A stretch of DNA of 62,365 nt, counting the filler, from Squatina squatina (lineage: Eukaryota), in assembly GCA_031763465.1 (NCBI GenBank). It is 4 parts of 4 records of this genome, joined end to end, with 100 filler letters (N's around TTAATTAATTAA, not from the genome) between each part and the next. Parts side by side here need not be neighbours in the genome. Positions count along the whole stretch, not along the records: positions 1 to 14,109 come from JARFOE010000013.1; 3 more parts are not named here. The stretch is one strand, 5' to 3'. Each line of letters begins with the position of its first letter. The first letter of the stretch is position 1. Of this stretch, positions 1 through 13,440 are shown piece after piece. The position numbers and the translations under genes are program-made. Under the pieces are notes generated by a model. The model saw only the letters and a list, made by a program, of their open reading frames with translations. It was not told the DNA's origin and did no database searches.

Positions 1-159
1 CGGTATTTATATTGAGACAGAGTGGTGTTGCATGCAGTGTGCCCTTGTGATTGGAAATTGAAGGGTGTGAGGAAGGGGAGGGAATTGTTGCGAGTAGTGC
101 AGGAGGGATGAAAGGAGTATTGTGAAGTACTGCTGAGAAAGGTGGAGAAATGAAGAGGT

Positions 160-335
160 GTAGTCGAGCTTCTGTCCTTGTGAGATCTTTTAACTTCTGG
201 CATTGCAGAGGGTGATGCTGGTGGCAATGACCCTGCCTACGATCTCTGTCCAGGCCTGGACCACTGCTGGCCTGGGGACGCTCCTGCAGGTAGTGGGGAA
301 GTGGACCTCCCACCTTGAGGACCTCCTCAATTATA
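160..335 (-). mobile_element. Degenerate Myb/SANT-like ORF remnant of a PIF/Harbinger transposon
   Basis: Minus-strand translation across frameshifts gives IEEVL../WEVHFP..PRPAVVQAWTEIVGRVIATS../QKLKDLTRTEAR, resembling the Harbinger accessory Myb-like protein (W-x-E-I/V...KKFNDL pattern). Confidence 0.5.
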
Positions 336-1344
336 ACCTTGGTGGAAGAGCTCTTGACTTCAATGGAAATGAAAATCGGGATAGATGTATATCAGGTTGA
401 ATTGATATCACCCATTTTACACCAGCACTCAAAGTCAAAGTTACCCCAGAGTGTTCTTTGAAACAGCTGGAAGACAAATAGATTGCTTGTTTTCATTTTA
501 AAACATTCGTTAAAAGAATGTCATTATTTGGGTAAATTGACCACATTAATGCTGGACAAGGTCAGGCTAAAGAGGCTATTTGAAAAGAAGAGCCCAATTT
601 ATATATAAAAACAGCATGAAGTCACACAAAACTCTCCTGAAGTGTTAGGTTTTCTGGCTTTTAAAAAAGGCCACGTTTAATAAGTTCCATCTGTGTACAG
701 ATTTTATGCTCTTTGGTGTTTCGTACAATAGGAGAAAGTTCCACAATAAAGTGCTACTTATTCTCACAAGCTGCCTACTGAGGATGCTTGCAGAGAGGCT
801 GCCATGATAAATGAAAAAAATAGTGAGTTTGGTTAATAGGATTAGAAAAAGCCATCGGCAATGTATTGTTATTAGTTTCCCACAGTACTGCTCTGAAATG
901 TATTAATCAGAGAGGGAGCTATACTGATCTCCTGAGGAGTTAATTGACCTTTTAGGTTCTGAAGAAGAATGCCTGCATTTAAACCATGTATTTAAAAAAC
1001 GGTGATCCTGTAATAAGTATAGAGGCTACAACAGGACTTGACATCGATCTAGTAATTGTACTCTGTTTACAGACTTCAGACCCATTGAATAGCATCTCGG
1101 GAATACGCTATTGGTCAGAACTGATTCTCATGAAATTATCCCAGACTTAAGGCTTAAGTAGGTTCTGAATGGAATAATCCAGTGTTGACTTCAGCATGTT
1201 ACCAAGGTTAAGATTGTTGTTAGTATGTGTAAGACAAATTTCAGTTTCTCTCAAATATGGAGCTATATCTTCCTCTGTTTGATCACTTTTCCAAAAAATG
1301 GTGTAATTTCAATAGATAGTACAAATGGTTATTCATGCATGGTC

Positions 1345-1522
1345 ATTCAGATGAGATGTTTAACTGAACCCCCGTCTGCCCTCTCAAGTGAACGTAAAAG
1401 ATCCCATGGTACTATTTGAAGAAGAGTTGGGGAGTTCTCCTGGTGTCCTGGCCAACATTTATCCCTCAAACAACAGCTAAGAAAATAAATCTTCTGGTCA
1501 TTTATTTCATTGCTGTTTGTGG
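1345..1522 (+). mobile_element. DeuSINE (SacSINE1/AmnSINE1-related) fragment
   Basis: Deu-domain-like core GTAAAAGATCCCATGG..GGTGTCCTGGCCAA..TATCCCTCAA shared with copies at 15040-15445 and 24290-24507; runs into a gap. Confidence 0.7.
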
Positions 1523-3271
1523 NNNNNNNNNNNNNNNNNNNNNNNNNNNNNNNNNNNNNNNNNNNNNNNNNNNNNNNNNNNNNNNNNNNNNNNNNNNNNN
1601 NNNNNNNNNNNNNNNNNNNNNNGTATCCTTTTGTGCTGTAACTGAGCTGATGGAGAGATAAGGGCTATATCCTCCAGACAGGTATTGTTTTACCTGCTTG
1701 TTATCGGTATCATCTAGCATTGGTTTATGTCTCTGTTGTGTGTCCTCTTTGTTCTGCTTGCGTGCAGAGAGAGTGAAACCTGCACTTACCAGTCATTGAA
1801 AGCAATATGCTTGTATTTGTCAATTTCAAGCCCTGATGGATTTTAATTATAAAATGTGAGACAAAGAAGAAATGTGATCCAAACAAGTCCAGTGCATTAG
1901 ATGGTCGAAGTCACAAGAGAAAAGAATAATTTATAAAAGTGAATACGAAGACAGGAAGGTAACACAGTAACTAGTGAAATCCAAAATGGTTTCTGAACTT
2001 CTTTATCTTCATAAGTGTATGGTTCAAACATGGTCAATGACTTTGCATCTACTTATTAAAATTTTGCATGCTATTATTCTTAGTCTTGGTATTGTTTTCA
2101 GATTTTAACTTGACATCCAGGGCTTGAAATGTTCTGATTTTCTTTCTTGGGAGTGTAGGGGATATGGAATTTAGGGTGTAAGTCAGATACCCAAGAGTTG
2201 CATCCGTTCTAAAATATGTATTAAATTCCGGTGGAACTGGGCGCTGGCAAGAGAGGCGCTGCTCCCAAAGTGGTGCGTGTATGCAAATGAGACCAAAAGC
2301 TACTGTCCCAGAAATTCTGCTGTTTACACCAGAATTACACGCACTGTAACTAAAGTCTGTAGAAAAGAGGAGTAAGTTGCCTACATGTCTTCAAACCAGG
2401 AGTGGTTGAGTTCACAGGCTTTGAATGTCTGCAATCTTCGCCTGAAACATCAGCTTTGTCTGAACTGAAAGGATTCTGCAAACTGCCCTTGAGCAGCTTC
2501 AGAAAGGGGACTCTTTCTCTTCCCGCCCTTCTGTCACTGAGCCCTTACCATGGGCATCACTATGGCCATTTTCATTTATGTATTTGTGATGGAGGCAGAA
2601 CAGGAGCAGGAGGAAGAGGAAATCAGAGAGGTGTGTAGGATAAGGCTACATCAAAGGAGGAGAGGACCAGCTCGAAGTTACCCTTTCACCAGTTTCTACA
2701 AACCACGCCACTCCCCTGATAATGTCTTCGAAGTCTGTTTAAGGAAGCAACAGCTCAGTAAGGCGGTCTGGAAGAAACTCTGTGCTGCTCTTAAACGTAT
2801 CCTGGTGCTGTACCCTGGGGCTACTGGAGAGACAGGGATATCAGTGATACTCGGCTAAGCATCTTGGGAGCAAGGTGGCCCTCAATGCAGGGAAGACCTT
2901 TTAACAGGCCTCATTACCACTTCAGCTGCTTGGGTAATCTGGTCCTGTATCCTGCTACATATATGAGCAGGTATCTGGAGGAGCTGACTTGAACTGTCTC
3001 ATAAGCTGTAATCAGGAGGGAGGACAGCATCATGAAGGCAGATTCTAGCCTCACAACTTGTGCTGTGTTTTGTATCTGAGTGCTTACTGATCAGCAGAGG
3101 GCAGCCTGCAGCCCGTGGCTGCAGTGTGTACCATCTACAAGACGCATTGCAGCAACTCACCACAGCTTCTTNNNNNNNNNNNNNNNNNNNNNNNNNNNNN
3201 NNNNNNNNNNNNNNNNNNNNNNNNNNNNNNNNNNNNNNNNNNNNNNNNNNNNNNNNNNNNNNNNNNNNNNN

Positions 3272-3600
3272 GTTGGGAACAGTCAGTTTCAATCCGAGAC
3301 AGTGGCCAGGGAGTGGGAAAGAGTCAGTGCTGTAAGTATGGAGTTTGTGGCAGGGGCCAAAGACAATGACTTCGGTCTTTCCAATGTTTAAGTGGAGGAA
3401 ATTGTAGCTCTGCACGATTGGATGGCAGACAGCACAGAGGCAGTAGAGAGATCACGTGAGGTGGTGAAGAGGAGATGATGTCACTGTACACATGGAACCT
3501 GACTCCACATCTTTGGATGAGGTCACCAAGGGGCAGGAGGAGGTGACAGATCCTTGGAGTACTTCAGAGGCAAAGGTAAAGGGGGTAGCAAGAGATGCCA
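3272..3600 (-). mobile_element. L2-clade LINE reverse transcriptase remnant
   Basis: Minus translation NFLHLNIGKTEVIVFGPCHKL..DSFPLPGHCL matches the typical L2 RT C-terminal motif (N-F-L-x-L-N-x-x-K-T-E). Confidence 0.7.
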
Positions 3601-3707
3601 TTGCTATAGTTGTTCAGACTATTTTTTATCTGTAATAAATTCATTGTTATCTTGCATCACATTCTGCATTAATATTGATTTTTGTTTACATTGTCCTTTC
3701 CTTACAG

Positions 3708-4016
3708 CCATGGCCGAATGTTTCTAACCTTGCCAAGGACTTCATTGACAGGCTAATCACAATAGACCCTAATGAGAGAATGGCAGCTGCACAAGCTTTG
3801 AAGCATCCCTGGGTTGTGACAATGGCAGCATCGTCCTCTANNNNNNNNNNNNNNNNNNNNNNNTCCCAGAATTTGATGAGGAGAACATCTTCTCGCTGTC
3901 AAAGCTCTAAGTCAGCACAGTCCACCAAATCAAGCCGTTCCAGCAAGTCACGTCATTTACGTGAGAAGGAAATCCGGGAGTTTAACCTCTGGTACCAGCA
4001 TCACATTGAGCAGTAG
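3708..4016 (+). CDS. PSKH2: Terminal coding exon of a PSKH-family Ser/Thr kinase (PSKH1-like sequence; PSKH2 by linkage to WWP1)
   Basis: Acceptor ttgtcctttccttacag|CCA; PWPNVSNLAKDFIDRLITIDPNERMAAAQALKHPWVVTMAASSS..SQNLMRRTSSRCQSSKSAQST..stop TAG 4014-4016. Closely matches the PSKH1 C-lobe and tail. The 23-N gap at 3841-3863 keeps the frame and fits the 8 missing residues (MKNLHRSI in PSKH1). Family call is firm; paralogue call is inferred. Confidence 0.85.
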   Translation, partial: PWPNVSNLAKDFIDRLITIDPNERMAAAQALKHPWVVTMAASSSXXXXXXXXSQNLMRRTSSRCQSSKSAQSTKSSRSSKSRHLREKEIREFNLWYQHHIEQ

Positions 4017-5239
4017 TAATCAATGGGTTGTCATTGAAGGTTCTCCAGCTAATTAAACTGTTCTTCATGCAAAGAAATTATTGAATCATCTAGATTTTCA
4101 TTGGTTGGTTGACCATTTAAAATAGTCTAAATAATGTTCAAACAATTCATATATGTAGCCACAAGATTGCAGCTATAATTCTCTATTGAACAATTTTATA
4201 TCAAAGTAAATAGAGTTGTCAGTATTTTAGCATCTCTGTTTAATCAGTGTCATCTTAAAGATTGATTTACATATTTATGCCACGAGATGTAAAATTTAAA
4301 ATTTTTTGATTTTTACTGACATTCAATGAACTGTAAGAATTACTGGGGCCGATTTTGATGCAACTCTTTTTTATCAGGAGGGAGGCAGGCAGCGCGAGTC
4401 AGTTTCCCTGCTGATGAAAACAGAGGGAGACCTGAACCATTCTGATAGTTGGGCCTAATTTCCAGATTTGCAGTGAGCGGCCTGACCAATTGATAGATGG
4501 AAAATCTGGTGGCTCCTCCGCAGAGACAAGCTGAAAGTTGGGTGTTAAGCAGAGGGGAGGCAACCATGAGGATGGGGAGGTGGGTAGCGACGGCGAGTGG
4601 AAAACTATTTCTGGGACTATGATTCATGCTCCTCACGACCCCAGAAAAATCAGAGAAAAAAACCCAGAAACTTACCAGGTATGGAGTGGTCCGTTTAAGA
4701 ACCATGAGTTATGCTGCTCTTTCACCAAGTACCAATGGGCGCCTGGGCCACCCGTTTAAGGCCCCAAACAAAATGGTGGCGAGTGCATCAGGAGCAGGAT
4801 TGGGGCAGCAAGTTCAGCCTCACTATTTTTGGAGATTTGCAGCCCCATGTCTGCCGGAAAGGATTGTTTTAAATGCCACCTACTAGTGAGTACAGGTATG
4901 TGAATAATAAGATAAAAAAGGTAACCACATGGCTGGCAAGATAACGAGTGGCTCAGAAGCTAGGGACATTGAGAGCAATTCTGGGGCAGGCGTATTCAAT
5001 ACAGGATTGAAGAGCTTCACCAGAACAGTGCTGAAACTAGTTTCCACACTGGGAGAGTAAGTGGTGCTGCAAAGCAGACTTTAAAGTAAAAGCACAGGCT
5101 TCTGTATATTTTGTGCTAAGCATTTGGGAACTGGAGACAGACCTATGTGTGTAATCATTGTCTGTAGTTGGCAACGCTGACGTGAGTGACTTCCTGATGC
5201 CACAGAAACAGATGGAAATGTTTTAGAAGATATAAGTAA

Positions 5240-5380
5240 GCGATTTTGGCATTGTACACTATTTGGACGCTAGTAGTGCTATAATCCTTCCTGTTGAAAT
5301 AGGCACGCTTTCTAGCAGATGGGATTCTAATTATCGTCTGTACAGTTGACTGCCTCCTGACCTTTCGGAAGTTGTAATAC
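5240..5380 (-). mobile_element. Harbinger (HARBI1-like) DDE transposase remnant
   Basis: Minus frames give LPKGQEAVNCT / RIPSARKRAYFNRKDYSTTSVQIVYNA, a decayed form of FPxVxGAIDCTH..Y.NRKGYHSINVQ.VCDA. Confidence 0.6.
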
Positions 5381-5999
5381 AATCATGTAACTGTGGCTGT
5401 ATGGTAAAAATTCGTATCTGCTTCTTAAAAACATCTTAGACTCTTCTTGCACTACACAAAATAGATGACAACTCAAGATGATGACTAGGACATGCATAAC
5501 ATCATGGGAATTGGTTGTTGGAATTAGAGTTGCCAGCTCTCCAATTTGGAGCACACAGTACACCTTTAAGTGGGTTATTGGCAAATATCTAAAATGTAAA
5601 GCAGACAGCAAAAGTGAAAATACAAGTAGCTTTTTCCCCATATTTTTGTTTCTTCTGATGTAGAGCCATTAGTTATTGTTTGGGAAAAAATGCCATTGTC
5701 AATGAAGCAAATGTCAGGACTCATGTCCTGTTTCCATCCCCTAACCCATTAATAGCCTGTCGCATTATGTTAGAATTGTCAAAAAAGGCGGCAAACCTAG
5801 ATGGAAAATGCGATTATACTTCCGACTATACAACCGATTATACTTATTTTCCCTTTCCTTTGAAGTACATTTAGAAAGGAAAAATTGAGCGAGGTGCACN
5901 NNNNNNNNNNNNNNNNNNNNNNNNNNNNNNNNNNNNNNNNNNNNNNNNNNNNNNNNNNNNNNNNNNNNNNNNNNNNNNNNNNNNNNNNNNNNNNNNNNN

Positions 6000-6420
6000 C
6001 ATTTCATAAATTCATGTTGACTCTTCAAAATCCTATTATTATTTTCTAAGTGTACTGTTATCACATCCTTTTGTAATAGATTCTACCATTTTCCCCACTA
6101 CTGCAGTTTCCTGTTTTTTCTCTCCCTCCTTTCATAAATAGTGGGGTTACATTAGCCACCCTTCAATCTGCAGGAACCGTTCTAGAATCTATTGGATTTT
6201 CAAAGATGACAACCAATGCATCCACTATCTCTGTAGCCACCTCTTTCAAAATCCTGGGATGTAGATCATCGGGTCCTTGGGATTAATCGACTTACAGTCC
6301 CATTAATTTCTCTAGTACTTTTTTTACTATTACTGATTTATTTCAGTTCCTCATTCTCGCCAGACCCTTGGTTCTCGAGTACTTCTGGCAGGCTTCTGGT
6401 GTCTTCATTTGTGGAGTGAA
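6000..6420 (-). mobile_element. CR1 LINE ORF2 (RT N-terminal region) fragment
   Basis: Minus translation GPDDLHPRILKEVATEIVDALVVIF..RVANVTPLF..GGREKTGN..VITVHLENNNRILKSQHEFMK is the canonical CR1 pre-RT motif. Confidence 0.85.
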
Positions 6421-8059
6421 ACACAAAGGGGGTGAAATTCCCTTGCACCTCTGCAGAGTGCTAAGGCTTAAAGATTTCAGGTGAGTAGCGCCTCCATTCG
6501 GAGCAGCAACAACGTTGTTANNNNNNNNNNNNNNNNNNNNNNNNNNNNNNNNNNNNNNNNNNNNNNNNNNNNNNNNNNNNNNNNNNNNNNNNNNNNNNNN
6601 NNNNNNNNNNNNNNNNNNNNNNNNNNNNNNNNNNNNNNNNNNNNNNNNNNNNNNNNNNNNNNNNNNNNNNNNNNNNNNNNNNNNNNNNNNNNNNNNNNNN
6701 NNNNNNNNNNNNNNNNNNNNNNNNNNNNNNNNNNNNNNNNNNNNNNNNNNNNNNNNNNNNNNNNNNNNNNNNNNNNNNNNNNNNNNNNNNNNNNNNNNNN
6801 NNNNNNNNNNNNNNNNNNNNNNNNNNNNNNNNNNNNNNNNNNNNNNNNNNNNNNNNNNNNNNNNNNNNNNNNNNNNNNNNNNNNNNNNNNNNNNNNNNNN
6901 NNNNNNNNNNNNNNNNNNNNNNNNNNNNNNNNNNNNNNNNNNNNNNNNNNNNNNNNNNNNNNNNNNNNNNNNNNNNNNNNNNNNNNNNNNNNNNNNNNNN
7001 NNNNNNNNNNNNNNNNNNNNNNNNNNNNNNNNNNNNNNNNNNNNNNNNNNNNNNNNNNNNNNNNNNNNNNNNNNNNNNNNNNNNNNNNNNNNNNNNNNNN
7101 NNNNNNNNNNNNNNNNNNNNNNNNNNNNNNNNNNNNNNNNNNNNNNNNNNNNNNNNNNNNNNNNNNNNNNNNNNNNNNNNNNNNNNNNNNNNNNNNNNNN
7201 NNNNNNNNNNNNNNNNNNNNNNNNNNNNNNNNNNNNNNNNNNNNNNNNNNNNNNNNNNNNNNNNNNNNNNNNNNNNNNNNNNNNNNNNNNNNNNNNNNNN
7301 NNNNNNNNNNNNNNNNNNNNNNNNNNNNNNNNNNNNNNNNNNNNNNNNNNNNNNNNNNNNNNNNNNNNNNNNNNNNNNNNNNNNNNNNNNNNNNNNNNNN
7401 NNNNNNNNNNNNNNNNNNNNNNNNNNNNNNNNNNNNNNNNNNNNNNNNNNNNNNNNNNNNNNNNNNNNNNNNNNNNNNNNCATAGTGAGAGAGGAAGTAT
7501 TATGGGGTTTATCATTGACAGTGGAAAATAGTTGTGGGGAAAAACAATCTTGAGGCCTGAAACTCTGCCTTTATCATATGGAAGTTTAAATACAGGGGTG
7601 AGCATTACTTATGTCTATTGGACTGTGGAAAACCTTTTGCCTGTTGGTACCACGCTACAATATTTTCCCAGTCTTTCCGTGCTCCGTCAGAATCACAACA
7701 ACAATAAAAAAGGCAACAACAAAACTAAATTTGGTCTCAGGCTGCAGTGGAAAACATAACATTGGACCTATGATCCTTTAACTGCAATCGTACATAAACA
7801 TCAGGCTCTTTCGGGTGTGGCCCTGCAGCTCCACTACAAGATGGTTTAACTCCCAACTAAAAGGTTGTGAACTTGAATCCCAGCCAAAAGTTACATTTGA
7901 ATATACTTACCAATGCTGGTTGAGTTTCAGAAGTATTTTTCTTTCTTGTTTAATAATTTAATACTTTTAACCCTCCTGTCTATTTCAGGTTTGTCTGCAT
8001 CATGAACCAGATGCATGCCGAGAGAAACCGTGGTATTTATGCTCCTTGTGAGCAGTAGT

Positions 8060-8400
8060 CCTGTTCCTATATCTCTTTATCTCCCTTGTTCTTCAACCTT
8101 CTATCTAACCTGTTCTTAAAAGTATACATAAGTCTCTGCTTCAATCACTAACTCCAGTATTCCACAGCCTCAGAAACCTCTGTGAAAGAAACTCCTGTTC
8201 TCTATCCTAAATCTCTAACGTTTAACCATATCTATGTTCCTTTGATCTACACCCCTCAACCATTGGAAACAGTCTGTTTCTGTCTATTTTGCCCAATCCC
8301 ATCATAATTTTAATTACCTCTGTCAAAATCACCCTTTATCTCCCCTGTTCTCACAAAAGCAGACCCAATTTTTCAAGTCTTTCTTCATATTTGCATTTGA
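8060..8400 (-). mobile_element. CR1 LINE 3' region remnant
   Basis: Antisense CR1 3'-end-like sequence (ctatctaacctgttcttaaa..ttccacagcctc..ctctgtgaaaga); highly diverged. Confidence 0.5.
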
Positions 8401-8996
8401 TTAATAACTTCTTTGGAGGGTATTCATGAGTTTTAAAAAAGAGGACAGGGCGATTCACTGAAGGTGCAGAGGCACTGAGTGAGGAGGGGCTGGCTGCCTT
8501 ATAGAGGTACAGCATAGGCACACTGGTGACTCACTTCATGATTCCAAACTCCTGGGGCCACCAATAAAACTGAGAATACTTCGTAACCACCAACCAGTGA
8601 GCAAGTCATTTGCCTCATTGGATGAAATGATGCAAGCTGGAATGGGTAGAATTGCGGGTTCTATCATGAAGCAATATACCACACACTACAACTTACTCTG
8701 GCTGTTAATGGAAGGCACAACCACAGTGATTCAGCAATCAGAAATGTTTTAACAAGCCAAAGGTTTGCTCAATTATATTCTGCCTTGGAAATGTATGTAA
8801 TTGTAGGCTCTCTCTTATGGTTCAACTGAAGTGCCATCAGCCGTATTTTGGAGTGACCTTCAACACTTAAAAGGATAAGGGCAGCAGGTGCATAGGNNNN
8901 NNNNNNNNNNNNNNNNNNNNNNNNNNNNNNNNNNNNNNNNNNNNNNNNNNNNNNNNNNNNNNNNNNNNNNNNNNNNNNNNNNNNNNNNNNNNNNNN

Positions 8997-9090
8997 TTTC
9001 TCTCTCCATAGATGCTGCCTGACCTGCTGAGTATTTCCAGCATTTTCTGTTTTTATTTCAGATTCCAGCATCCGCATTATTTTGCTTTTG
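8997..9090. repeat. Dispersed repeat ending GATGCTGCCTGACCTGCTGAGTATTTCCAGCATTTTCTG (Penelope-associated type)
   Basis: Related decayed copies at ~28620-28715 and ~42200-42300. Confidence 0.55.
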
Positions 9091-11526
9091 TACTGGAAAT
9101 TACATACCTAACACCATTGTAGGAACACCTTTTACTAAAGGGGCTGAAGTGGTTCAAGGAAGAGACCCATCACCTTCTCAGGACAATTAGGGCTGGCCAG
9201 TAAATGTGGCCTCTCTAGCATTGCACACATCCCGAGAACAACTTTTTAAAAATCCTCCTGATAATTTGCAAACAACTTAAGTTGTAGTACTGAATGGAGT
9301 AAAATGGGTTGATTGACAGCTGTTAAATTATACAGGCAAACATTGCGTGGTTGGGGATGCTGGCACTTTCAGTGTAGCAGGAGCTGTTGTAAATGCACAG
9401 TCCGTAATTTATTGGAGTGGGTCTTGTCTTTGTTTTTAACATTCTTTTCACAGCTGTTGATGTGAATTCTACAGGGACAGTGACAGTCAGTTTCCACAGG
9501 ATCCATGGATAGCTGTGCCAATGTTCTCTGTTAGCTCTTTTATAAGTACCAAAGAGTGAAACAAACAGTACTTTATAAGTACAAACTTAGCAAGAAGCTT
9601 CCTTAAAAATATGTAAACACTTTTATTCAGTAAATAGAATGATTTGAAACATTATGGTCTGCATGTAATGTACACAAATGTAAGTATAATCTTTAGGGAG
9701 TTGGAAGTCGATTTGGATATGAACAGAAAAATAGAAGTCATTTGTACATCATTGACATGTTCCTGTAGCAGGAACTGACTGCTTCACAGAGATGTTAGGT
9801 TGCTTGCTTTTGGCAGAAATACACAGTGAAAGTAAAAATATAAACGTAATTTGTGTGCTTCTGTATTATATTTATTTGTGTTTCTGTTAGATATATCTAT
9901 ATATGGAGGTTTCAAAAATAACTTCTGTTTTAACACTGGGATCAGAAAATTCTGTGTCAGAATCTGCATCGTATTATAAAGCTCTCAGAGCTGACCTATG
10001 TTATGTTAACATGATATGTGAGTTACTGCCATGGAACATATTCGACAATGTTGCACAATATGTAGCAATATGGCAATGGTTTACATTGCTGTGTAGTAAG
10101 CTTAAATGTCTTGAGCTTTTTGGTAGTGGAGGTAGTATGACAGACAGCAACAGGCATTCAATCTTTCACTTATATGCTACATTACACATTAGGATGATTG
10201 ATTTTGTGGACTGATACAGGGGAATACAGTGGCTTGCATTTTTTAAAAGAAATTATTCAGTTGTAATCATGGAAGCAATAGCTGCTGTTCAGACATTATC
10301 CAGTATAAAAACCTGTCCATAATCTCTCCAAAATGGTAATATATGGTGCAAATAAATTCTAAAATTGAATTACTGCTATTGACTAAATATTGGAGAAATG
10401 TGTATGAAATGCAATTTTTTCTGCAGCCTGGATTTTCTTTTTAGTTATTCTAAGTTAAAAGTTAAATTTGAGGAATCTAGATCCCTGAATTCCCAACCAA
10501 GTTTGAAAAAGATAAGCCATATTACCAGTAATCTTATGGAAACAAGCTTATTCAGCCAACATAGAATAAATCATTATAAAGCGGTGAAAGAAAGNNNNNN
10601 NNNNNNNNNNNNNNNNNNNNNNNNNNNNNNNNNNNNNNNNNNNNNNNNNNNNNNNNNNNNNNNNNNNNNNNNNNNNNNNNNNNNNNNNNNNNNNACTTAA
10701 CCCTCTAAGCACAATTATAAAATGAATAGTTAACCATCTATGACATTATTTTCAATGTATAACAAATGTTAATGTATACCTTCTTGAGGATATGTTCCTA
10801 ACCTATCGTAAAATTATGCAGTGAATTGCTCTGTACAACTGGTGAAATTGAGTTTTTTGGAATTGTGCTTAGGCACAATACCAGAATTATGCTTAAAGGG
10901 AAGAAAATCCAGGAGGAATTTTTTTTGCAGGCATTGAGTTGAGTGTCTCATCTTGCTGAACTGTTTCAGTGACTTCACTGGCAGGCAGCATACGGGGGTT
11001 TCCCCGAGCAGCTTTGTTAGAAACAGCAGGGATTGTGGCTTTAACTGGGCTGAGCCAATCCTCAACTGCCCAGCCCAGGAAACTACTGTACTGGCTTGGG
11101 ATGGGGTGGGGGAAGTCCCCGATAGAATAGCTATACATGGCCAATCAAGTGATCATGATGGGCCGAATGCCCCTTAGTCACTCCGAGTTTTAAGCTCATA
11201 CGCAGATTTCTTAATTTTCAGTATGGCCTTTTTGGTTTTCTGCAGTAAATGGAATACCATTGAGCAGAAGAAAGTTAATTTCTGGATTATCAAGTATCAG
11301 AATAAGTTTGCTTTTAACCTCGTTTACTCATAATAATCAAAAGGATTTGAACTGTCCCATTAACCACTCTTCACCAGCTACATCTTCATAGCCCAAATGT
11401 CACGTCAGAAAATTTCCAGCAACTGAACGCCCTTTATGTACTACAGGAGTCTTCAATTTGTTATCTTAAAATGTTTAATGCAGCCATAGTGCATGCATAT
11501 GATCTTTCGGAATAACCATGACTTAA

Positions 11527-11763
<237 letters not shown>

Positions 11764-12176
11764 TAGTAGCTCCTTACTCTGATGCACCACTAAGACCCAT
11801 TTATCGAGCAGTGTTGCCTGCCACAGCAAGGGTATTGTAGGAGGCAATCCTGTAATGTAAGCATAAGAAATAGGAACAGGACTAGGCCATATGGCCATTC
11901 AACAAGTTCATCCCATCTAATGTCTCCTTCTTTGGCTCAACGTCCCTTTTCTTTCTTGCTTCTCTTTGAAGTGCCTTAGGGTATTTTTCTCTGTTAAAAG
12001 CACGATATAAGCTCGAATTTAGCTGTTACCTTTTGAATGTGCATTATAACATCATAGTTTTCTACAACAAGAAACACAACATTTTATCATTCTGATTACA
12101 CAGTTAAGTTATTGTTGCTCTAGATTTATAAACAACCAAAACGTTATTGTAATATCCTCACTTTGTTTTTCAATAG

Positions 12177-12314
12177 TGGAGAATGTTAAAGAAGTATTGA
12201 AACTCACATTGGAAAGTAAGAATGGAGTAGTACAAACTGGCGACCTGACTGTTTTCCTCGATGGTATGACAGTGGATCAGGAATCTGTACCAAATGGCAC
12301 TGCATCAACAACCA
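12177..12314 (+). CDS. WWP1: WWP1 exon (end of C2 domain)
   Basis: caatag|TG..A|gtgagt, 138 nt, phase-compatible with the previous exon; LENVKEVLKLTLESKNGVVQTGDLTVFLDGMTVDQESVPNGTASTT. Confidence 0.93.
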
Positions 12315-12447
12315 GTGAGTAAATGTCATGCATAGCCTGATGACCAGTACAATAAACATATTGTGTATTTCTACTACCAGTTACTTTAAAATAGTTTTCT
12401 CAAGCCTGTTGAACATATATCCATTTAACTGAAATTCTTTTGCACAG

Positions 12448-12518
12448 AAGTTCAGCAGAATGGAGACGCCATCCACGTAAATGGAGGTGAAACTTCTACA
12501 AGGGCTAGAACAAGGTGT
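12448..12518 (+). CDS. WWP1: WWP1 exon (C2-WW linker)
   Basis: tgcacag|AA; KVQQNGDAIHVNGGETSTRARTR resembles WWP1 EIQENGDALHENGEPSARTTAR. Donor is ambiguous (GT at 12515, 12517 or 12519). Confidence 0.85.
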
Positions 12519-13262
12519 GTAAAGACTTTGCTTGAAATGTAGCCAGATAAAATCCTGAATGAGACGTGGCTCTTTAAATGTGATTTAGAGCACTAAAAAT
12601 AAATCACTTCAGAAACATGTCGGGAAGACTGGAAAAAATATACACACTGCTTAATGTAACTGAACAGGAAACAAGAAGTAGCTGATGTTACTGTGAAAAT
12701 GCACAAAAATTACCTTGGCCATTGGTACTGAGTAATTAGTATATTGTGTCATAGACTGGAAAGTTGATTCACACTACTCAAATTTTCTGAAAACAACATA
12801 ACTTGTCTCAAATGTTTGTAACTGGCAGTTTTAGAAAGCAATGCCTTCAAAATTAGTGTCAACTTTCATGGCTCAAAATTAGAAATAGATTTTTTTTTCC
12901 ATGATTTATATAGTTAGTTAAATTGTGAGCAGGTGTGTGTTTGTGAGCAGAGACTTTCGCCCATTTGGAACGAGGCTAAGACTGCCTGAGCTCAGTCATC
13001 TCGAATCCTTACTACCCGAGTCTGGGCAGAATGTGAAGCCCAGGTGCATGAAGTGAAGGGACAGTGTTTTACTGATTTGAGAGCATGGCTCTCCTTTCTA
13101 CATTATTTCTGCCTCTGCCTGAAACCACTCTTATTTCAAATAAAATGAAGCCTGCCTGAGAGNNNNNNNNNNNNNNNNNNNNNNNNNNNNNNNNNNNNNN
13201 NNNNNNNNNNNNNNNNNNNNNNNNNNNNNNNNNNNNNNNNNNNNNNNNNNNNNNNNNNNNNN

Positions 13263-13440
13263 CCCCGCACCGGGTGCCCAAAGATCAGGAGCATGGGACT
13301 GAAGTGCAGCCAAAACTTGAGGAGCAGCCCCTTCAAATAGTGGAAGAGGGGCTGTAACCTCGGACATCCACATAAATGTGGAACACGGACTCCTCCAGGC
13401 TGCAGAAATGGTAGGCGGCCTGGGAGTCCATGAACCAACT
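13263..13440 (-). mobile_element. Tx1/L1-clade non-LTR retrotransposon ORF2 C-terminal fragment
   Basis: Minus frames HFCSLEESVFHIYVD../LQPLFHYLKGLLLKFWLHFSPMLLIFGHPV resemble the CxxC..E(T/S)xxH zinc-knuckle region of L1/Tx1 ORF2. Confidence 0.6.

Noticed and set aside
2550-2858. 102-aa ORF with an acidic/basic N-terminus
   Set aside because: No recognisable domain or splice context; possibly the decayed 5' end of a transposon ORF, but I cannot support that
6343-7605. 300-420 aa ORFs here and at 29222-30160, 48392-49389 and 49689-50621
   Set aside because: They are translations through N-runs
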